IMG/VR virus record: IMGVR_UViG_3300046318_000520
Coordinates: 63,704-127,703 of that record
Source of the DNA: a virus
DNA length: 64,000 nt
Reading direction: 5' to 3' (one strand)
Program-made: the position numbers and the translations under genes
Notes under the pieces: model-generated
What the model was told of the DNA's origin: nothing
What the model saw: only the letters and a program-made list of their open reading frames with translations
Databases searched by the model: none
Part shown: positions 58,801 through 64,000 of the stretch, piece after piece
Numbering within the stretch: the first letter of the stretch is position 1
How the letters are laid out: each line of letters begins with the position of its first letter

Positions 58801-59814
58801 ATGAGTGTAACCATTGTGGAGAAGTACCCACAGAACAAACGTTCAACCATTGCCATCCGACCCTACTTTGATCCTGTTGTAGATAACATGGGACTGCAGA
58901 AATACGGATTGAGTCTTTTTGACGGAGCCTTTCATGAAGAGCAGCTTGCATGCTTAGAGATCAACGGTATCAAAAGATATCTTACCGGTCTCAATGAATT
59001 TTCCCCTGATATAAAAGACCTGCCAGCAGATGAGCAGGAAGCTAAGGTAAAACAGATCCGTATTGTTATAGCCCAGTTGGAAAAAGAACTGGCGGCCAAC
59101 GTAGTGGATCCTAAAGATGAGATGTTCTGGAATAAACTCAAGTTGCTCAAACCAGACAACTTTGATTTCTGGGACAAGATAAAGATTAGGTGCGGTAACG
59201 AGCCTGTATACCTGGAGCCTGACAAAGATCCTTATGATCTGATCAGACTCTACGCTATAGAATCAGGTGGATTTTCCATCATTGCCAAGTCCTTGGAAGA
59301 AGCCAGGCGTATGTCGGTTCCTCCTAAGTTCTACCTGGACAAACTGGAAGAAACTGCATCTATACAAACAGAAGTAAAGAAACTTCGTAACAAGGCACTT
59401 GCTGAACTACAGAAGTTGTTTGATAAGAACCAGAATAAGCTGCTCTATGTAGCCAAGGTGCTGGATCCCAATTCAGCCCAGTACAGGAAGAGTACACCAA
59501 ACGATATCATCTATGACAACATGGATAAATATATCAACGGTGACCTGGTGGAAAAAGACAAACGTAAAACCGCTCAGAGATTCTTGGATGCTTCAGGACT
59601 AGACATGGAAAGTTTAAAAATCAGGGCCATGGTAAAGGACAGTTCATACTACAAGTTCATTGCTACTAAGTCAGATGGTTTTATCTATCACATGGAAACA
59701 GGTACAATGCTGGGACGTACTCCTTCAGACATTGCAGAATACCTGAAAAATCCGCTTAACGAAGAGATTCTTATCAACCTTACTAAGAAGGTAGAGCAAT
59801 ATTGGAATCAGTAA
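58801..59814 (+). CDS. conserved crAss-like post-capsid protein
   Basis: Position in the head module. Confidence 0.55.
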   Translation: MSVTIVEKYPQNKRSTIAIRPYFDPVVDNMGLQKYGLSLFDGAFHEEQLACLEINGIKRYLTGLNEFSPDIKDLPADEQEAKVKQIRIVIAQLEKELAANVVDPKDEMFWNKLKLLKPDNFDFWDKIKIRCGNEPVYLEPDKDPYDLIRLYAIESGGFSIIAKSLEEARRMSVPPKFYLDKLEETASIQTEVKKLRNKALAELQKLFDKNQNKLLYVAKVLDPNSAQYRKSTPNDIIYDNMDKYINGDLVEKDKRKTAQRFLDASGLDMESLKIRAMVKDSSYYKFIATKSDGFIYHMETGTMLGRTPSDIAEYLKNPLNEEILINLTKKVEQYWNQ

Positions 59815-59869
59815 AAACAGTACCCGGGATGCTTCCCGTCAGAACAGCACCCGGGTCATTATATAATTC

Positions 59870-60571
59870 ATGAACAACAACCTCTTACAAATTAAAATTA
59901 AACAGCGGTTGAATAAACTGGCTTCTTTTGATTATGATAATCTTGAGTGCTGGATGGTCCAGGAAGCTTTTAATAAAGCTCAGATAGAATGGGCCAGAAG
60001 ACACATCTACGGGATGAACATACGCAAGGAAGGAGCAGAGCAATCAAGCGGTCTGATAGATGATCTTCAGAAACTTCTTATACAGAAGCTAATGACATCA
60101 TCCAAGAAAGACAAGTTCTTTGAGTCAGAGTTTTTGCCAGCTGATTATTTGCACTTTGTACGGGTTGATGTAAAAGCAAAAGCTGACTGTTGCCCCGAAA
60201 GAGATATGACAGTCTATGAAACAGAAGAGGCCAATGTAGGCGTTCTGTTAAGAGATTCTAACAGGGAACCCAATTTTGAATGGGCAGAGACTTTTGTAAC
60301 CCTGGTTGGAAACAGGCTGAGGGTGTATACCGAAAACAAGTTTGACGTAACACAAACCAGCCTTACATACTACCGTCTTCCCAAGCAGGTCCAGTTTCTG
60401 GGATGCACCAATCCTTCTACGGGAACAGCCTATACAGCTGCCCAGGATTGTGAATTCACAGACGACATAGCCGAGATACTTGTAGATGAAGCAGCAGCCA
60501 TCCTTGCAGGTGATATAGAGAGCATGAACCAATACCAGAGAGAAACGCAAAATGCACAAAGAAATAGCTAA
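59870..60571 (+). CDS. head-tail ring/adaptor protein
   Basis: FNKAQ...LPADYL...YYRLP...EILVDEAA pattern. Confidence 0.6.
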   Translation: MNNNLLQIKIKQRLNKLASFDYDNLECWMVQEAFNKAQIEWARRHIYGMNIRKEGAEQSSGLIDDLQKLLIQKLMTSSKKDKFFESEFLPADYLHFVRVDVKAKADCCPERDMTVYETEEANVGVLLRDSNREPNFEWAETFVTLVGNRLRVYTENKFDVTQTSLTYYRLPKQVQFLGCTNPSTGTAYTAAQDCEFTDDIAEILVDEAAAILAGDIESMNQYQRETQNAQRNS

Positions 60572-60987
60572 TGGCACTAACTAAAATACCAAGACCTGGT
60601 CCAATGGGGCCGTGTACGGAGACAGCAAACTTGCTTGCTCATGCCCAAGGTATGATAACAAGCTTGCATCAGCTTCACCTAAAAGTTTCAGGACCTGGAT
60701 CTTTTGCTGCTCATAAAGCCCTTAATGAGTTTTATGACGGCATGCCGGATCTGGTAGACGCAGTAGCAGAACAATACCAGGGAGCTCGTGAAAAAATCCT
60801 GGATATTCCTGCACCTGCACCATATAAATGTGGATCTGTACCAGAAGCCCTGGCCCATTTAAAAGAGTTGTATAACGAGATTCAAGAGCTGCAAAAAATC
60901 ATGCCGTTCTCTGAGATAGTTAATCAGCTAGATGAGATGAAAAGTCTTATAGCCTCTACCAAGTATAAACTCATGTTCTTACAATAA
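60571..60987 (+). CDS. ferritin/Dps-like protein
   Basis: HQLH...FAAHKALNEFYD...DAVAEQYQG...YKL. Confidence 0.75.
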   Translation: MALTKIPRPGPMGPCTETANLLAHAQGMITSLHQLHLKVSGPGSFAAHKALNEFYDGMPDLVDAVAEQYQGAREKILDIPAPAPYKCGSVPEALAHLKELYNEIQELQKIMPFSEIVNQLDEMKSLIASTKYKLMFLQ

Positions 60988-61026
60988 CAAAATATTTATT
61001 TTTTATAACCCTTAAATTGAAACATC

Positions 61027-62505
61027 ATGTATTTTCCACATTCCTTTAGGAAGTCCTTCTTGGTTTCCTCTGGTACGCTGGCTTCAGGTGTAGCTACCTC
61101 TGCCCTCACTGCAGGACAGATCGGTATGTATGCTCCTACCAGTGCTACCAACTCTACCTTGGCAACAGTTGCTGCCAGCGTAAGTCCTTTTTATGTCATC
61201 CAAGGTTCTTACTTTGCTGCTGACAAAATTGGTTCTCACGGTGGGTACAAAGAGTCTGTCAAGTCTAAGCTTGTCAACCCTAAGTACATCAGCCGCGTTA
61301 TTAGTGTAGTCGGTAAGTCTGCCGTTAACCAGGTAGTAAAAGTAAGTGCTAATGGCATTGGTCTAACTGCTGACGAGACTTACAGGCTTCGTTTGGACGT
61401 TAAAGGTTCTCCAGCTCTTAGGTTCTTGAACCATCAGTTGTACAGAACTTTAGATCATTACTCTGGTTGTGCTAATGCTACTAATCCTTCTTTTAAGAAA
61501 GATCCGGTTTTGGCTCTTCTTGCTTGGAAAGATCAGATTAACAGCTATGCGTTTTTTGATCAAATGATTAAAGCCCGTGTGTACAAGTATGTAACAGTAC
61601 TTTCTGCTACTTCAGCAGTAACTGCTACCACAGCTCAAACAACCATTCCTATGACATCAACCACTGGTGTTGTAGTAGGTCAAAAAGTTGTTGGTACAGG
61701 TATTCCTGCTAATAGCTTTGTAACCACTGTAACTGCTAATACAAGCATCATAATCAAGTATCCAACTCAAGCTGTAGCTCCAACTATTGCTTCTAACGTA
61801 TCTATGCAGTTTTTTACTGACGTATACACTGAAGCTGGAACTGTAGCAGTTATTCCTGGTACTGCTATTGCAACCGGTTTGACTTCTGTTGCTTACAGCT
61901 TTGAGGTAGATGCTGCTTCTTTCACTTACACTCAGGTTCCTCATATTGAGTTTACACTCGGTTATGTAGAAACCAGCTTTGCTGCATGTACTTTCACTCC
62001 TACAGATAAGTATGAGTTGGAACCATTGGTTGCTTATGCTGCTGTTGTAGATGAGAGCGGTGACCCTTGCTTATCAAGTCCTTTTAACGCAAACTCAGCT
62101 GTCAACTCTGCTACTAACCCTTATTTGTCTAGCCATGGTGTTGAGATGCAGGCTCCTGTACAAGCTTCTGGCTTGGGTGAGACTTTGCTTCGTGAGCTTA
62201 TCTTGGATGGTCGTTACCTCCAGAACGCTTACCCTGACTCCAGTCGTGTAGACAGCTTGAGGATGAGAGAGATTGAATCTGATCCAGCTTTGGCTCAGGT
62301 ATCTCGTAGCGGTCTTTATGACAAAGTATTGGTTTTGCATAACGTACCACGTTGGAACAATCCTTCAGGTACTTTTGACAACGACCAGTATTTGCTTGTA
62401 TTCAACGTAGTTAAAGGCACTGCAACATCAGCTATTACGACTTACTTCACAACTGCTGCTAACGCAGCCCAGGGTGCAAGCACCATTGCTTTGGAATCTT
62501 ACTAA
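61027..62505 (+). CDS. abundant structural protein (auxiliary capsid or tail)
   Basis: A/T/S/V-rich with capsid-like codon bias; followed by a terminator. Confidence 0.6.
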   Translation: MYFPHSFRKSFLVSSGTLASGVATSALTAGQIGMYAPTSATNSTLATVAASVSPFYVIQGSYFAADKIGSHGGYKESVKSKLVNPKYISRVISVVGKSAVNQVVKVSANGIGLTADETYRLRLDVKGSPALRFLNHQLYRTLDHYSGCANATNPSFKKDPVLALLAWKDQINSYAFFDQMIKARVYKYVTVLSATSAVTATTAQTTIPMTSTTGVVVGQKVVGTGIPANSFVTTVTANTSIIIKYPTQAVAPTIASNVSMQFFTDVYTEAGTVAVIPGTAIATGLTSVAYSFEVDAASFTYTQVPHIEFTLGYVETSFAACTFTPTDKYELEPLVAYAAVVDESGDPCLSSPFNANSAVNSATNPYLSSHGVEMQAPVQASGLGETLLRELILDGRYLQNAYPDSSRVDSLRMREIESDPALAQVSRSGLYDKVLVLHNVPRWNNPSGTFDNDQYLLVFNVVKGTATSAITTYFTTAANAAQGASTIALESY

Positions 62506-62528
62506 ACAATCAGTATCCTATATAAACT

Positions 62529-62566
62529 GGAGGAGGCACTACCAAGTGCTTCCTCCTTTTTTGTTT
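62529..62566 (+). terminator. intrinsic terminator
   Basis: GGAGGAGGCACT/AGTGCTTCCTCC followed by a T-tract. Confidence 0.8.
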
Positions 62567-62647
62567 TGGTAAAGTCTCCAAAATTCAGTATATTTTTAAT
62601 GAAGACCTCTACACTATTTTATCTCTAAATCCCTCAAGTTTACCTAC

Positions 62648-63193
62648 ATGGCCAATAAACATATATTAAGTTTAGAAATACCAGATACCAACAACATCAA
62701 TGTGTTGAGGGTATTTGATACAAGCTTGTATGCAGCGGACCTGGGTACAAGTTGCGGACTATTAAGGATCACCTCCCCAGGATTTACTGTTCCTGTGTCT
62801 ATAGAAGTTCTTCCCCAGTTTAACCTGGTGCTTAATGCCTGTACACTGGGTATTCAAAGCACGGGATGTGGAGACACTTGTCATCCTATACCAGATGGTA
62901 TATACAAGGTGAACTACTCGGTGTCACCCAACGATAAAGTCTTTGTGGAATATGAATACCTCAGGCTTACCCAGACCATGAACAAGTACTACAACTTGTT
63001 GTCCACGTTGGAGATGGCAGCCTGTGAGCCGGATGCAGATGTAAAAGAACAACTTAAAGAACTCAGGCTTATCAAAAGCTTTTTGGAAGCGGCCAAGGCC
63101 AAAGTGGAATATGCCCATAATCCTGAACAGGGTATGGAGTTATTAGTCTACGCCCAGAAAAGACTTATCCGCCTGGGTAATACAATGTGTTAA
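62648..63193 (+). CDS. structural protein
   Basis: IPDGIYKVNYSV motif; late module. Confidence 0.6.
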   Translation: MANKHILSLEIPDTNNINVLRVFDTSLYAADLGTSCGLLRITSPGFTVPVSIEVLPQFNLVLNACTLGIQSTGCGDTCHPIPDGIYKVNYSVSPNDKVFVEYEYLRLTQTMNKYYNLLSTLEMAACEPDADVKEQLKELRLIKSFLEAAKAKVEYAHNPEQGMELLVYAQKRLIRLGNTMC

Positions 63194-63211
63194 AACCTAA
63201 AACCAAATCAT

Positions 63212-63355
63212 ATGTCTAATTCTTCTTGTCCAAATTGCGGAAACGGTATAACCTGCGGATGCCAAATTAGAACTGCCTCAGACGGTGCACGCGTGTGCAC
63301 AACTTGTGTTGCTATATATGAGCAGCAACTTATCAACTCACAATCACAAAGTTAA
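63212..63355 (+). CDS. 47-aa Cys-rich peptide (absent from ORF track)
   Basis: CPNCG..ITCGCQ...CTTC. Confidence 0.65.
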   Translation: MSNSSCPNCGNGITCGCQIRTASDGARVCTTCVAIYEQQLINSQSQS

Positions 63356-63357
63356 TA

Positions 63358-63981
63358 ATGAGAAATCTGCTACAGGATAAGTCCAAATACTATAAGGTAT
63401 TTGCGGATGACGTGTATAACTCATTCCGTCAGATGCGTTATGGTATCCACTCTGGCCGCCACGACTCAGAATATGAGGTGGCCTCTATAAGAAAAGAACT
63501 GGTGGACTGGCAATCCAATGCAGATAATGATGCCCTTACACAGACCTCTATCAGCTACTATGGCTGGCTTCCTGTTACGTACACCAGTACAGATGAGTCT
63601 GTTGTCTTTAGCTCAGACATTAATGATCCATATCGTTATCTCAAAATATGCTCTACAAACCCTGTGAACGTTGGTGTGAGTTATAACTACGGTACCAACA
63701 GCAATCAAAACCTGATTGATGTTAATACAGGTGGTTGCGTGACCCGGATCAATTTAAACCCGGCTATTACTATTAATAATTCACAGACTGCACAATACAC
63801 CTTCCACCAGGAAGTTGCTTCTGCCACCTGGACCATTAGTCACTCTCTTGGTTTTGTACCTAATGTGCTTACCATGAATGAGTCTGGCCAGGAAATCATG
63901 GGAGCTGTAAGTTCTGCTACTACTACTACTTTGGTAATTCAGTTCTCTGAGCCTGTAACAGGATATGCATACTTATCTTAA
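63358..63981 (+). CDS. putative tail/structural protein
   Basis: C-terminal WTISHSLG..P.V...I.FS.PVTGYAYL domain. Confidence 0.6.
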   Translation: MRNLLQDKSKYYKVFADDVYNSFRQMRYGIHSGRHDSEYEVASIRKELVDWQSNADNDALTQTSISYYGWLPVTYTSTDESVVFSSDINDPYRYLKICSTNPVNVGVSYNYGTNSNQNLIDVNTGGCVTRINLNPAITINNSQTAQYTFHQEVASATWTISHSLGFVPNVLTMNESGQEIMGAVSSATTTTLVIQFSEPVTGYAYLS

Positions 63982-64000
63982 ATGTAATCATGCCTACAGT

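Noticed and set aside
1-64000. Stop-codon reassignment as in some crAss-like phages
   Set aside because: Core genes are full length in code 11, TAG and TGA are both used as real stops, and no suppressor tRNA is seen.
1-64000. CRISPR array, DGR or reverse transcriptase
   Set aside because: No regularly spaced repeats, RT motifs or template/variable repeat pair seen; TCTACA motifs are short and scattered.

Overview
64 kb of a crAss-like (Crassvirales-type) Bacteroidetes phage genome in genetic code 11, with no host genes and A-rich, SD-less start contexts. Bases 1-41.1 kb are mostly minus strand: replication and repair genes (ligase, PolB, primase, DnaB, Sak4-like ATPase, UNG, SF2 helicase), two AAA+/VWA pairs and many small early genes. 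This block is interrupted by a plus-strand lysis cassette and a tyrosine integrase. Bases 41.3-64 kb are plus strand: PhoH, GNAT, an ATE/Bpt-like aminoacyl transferase, nucleases, terminase, portal, major capsid and other structural genes. The most notable signals are outside the ORF track: (1) a ~780-nt tmRNA, about twice normal size, with a 26-aa tag and a duplicated internal module; (2) four non-canonical tRNA-like genes that co-occur with the aminoacyl-tRNA-protein transferase, possibly a phage protein-tagging/proteolysis system; (3) a probable attP (3' half of tRNA-Val(TAC)) between two IHF-consensus inverted repeats beside the integrase; (4) a GIY-YIG endonuclease inserted in the helicase Walker A coding sequence that supplies a replacement N-terminus and its own promoter-like motif; (5) a twister ribozyme with a degenerate twin; (6) a shared putative late-promoter motif. 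All calls come from reading motifs by eye; no searches were run.
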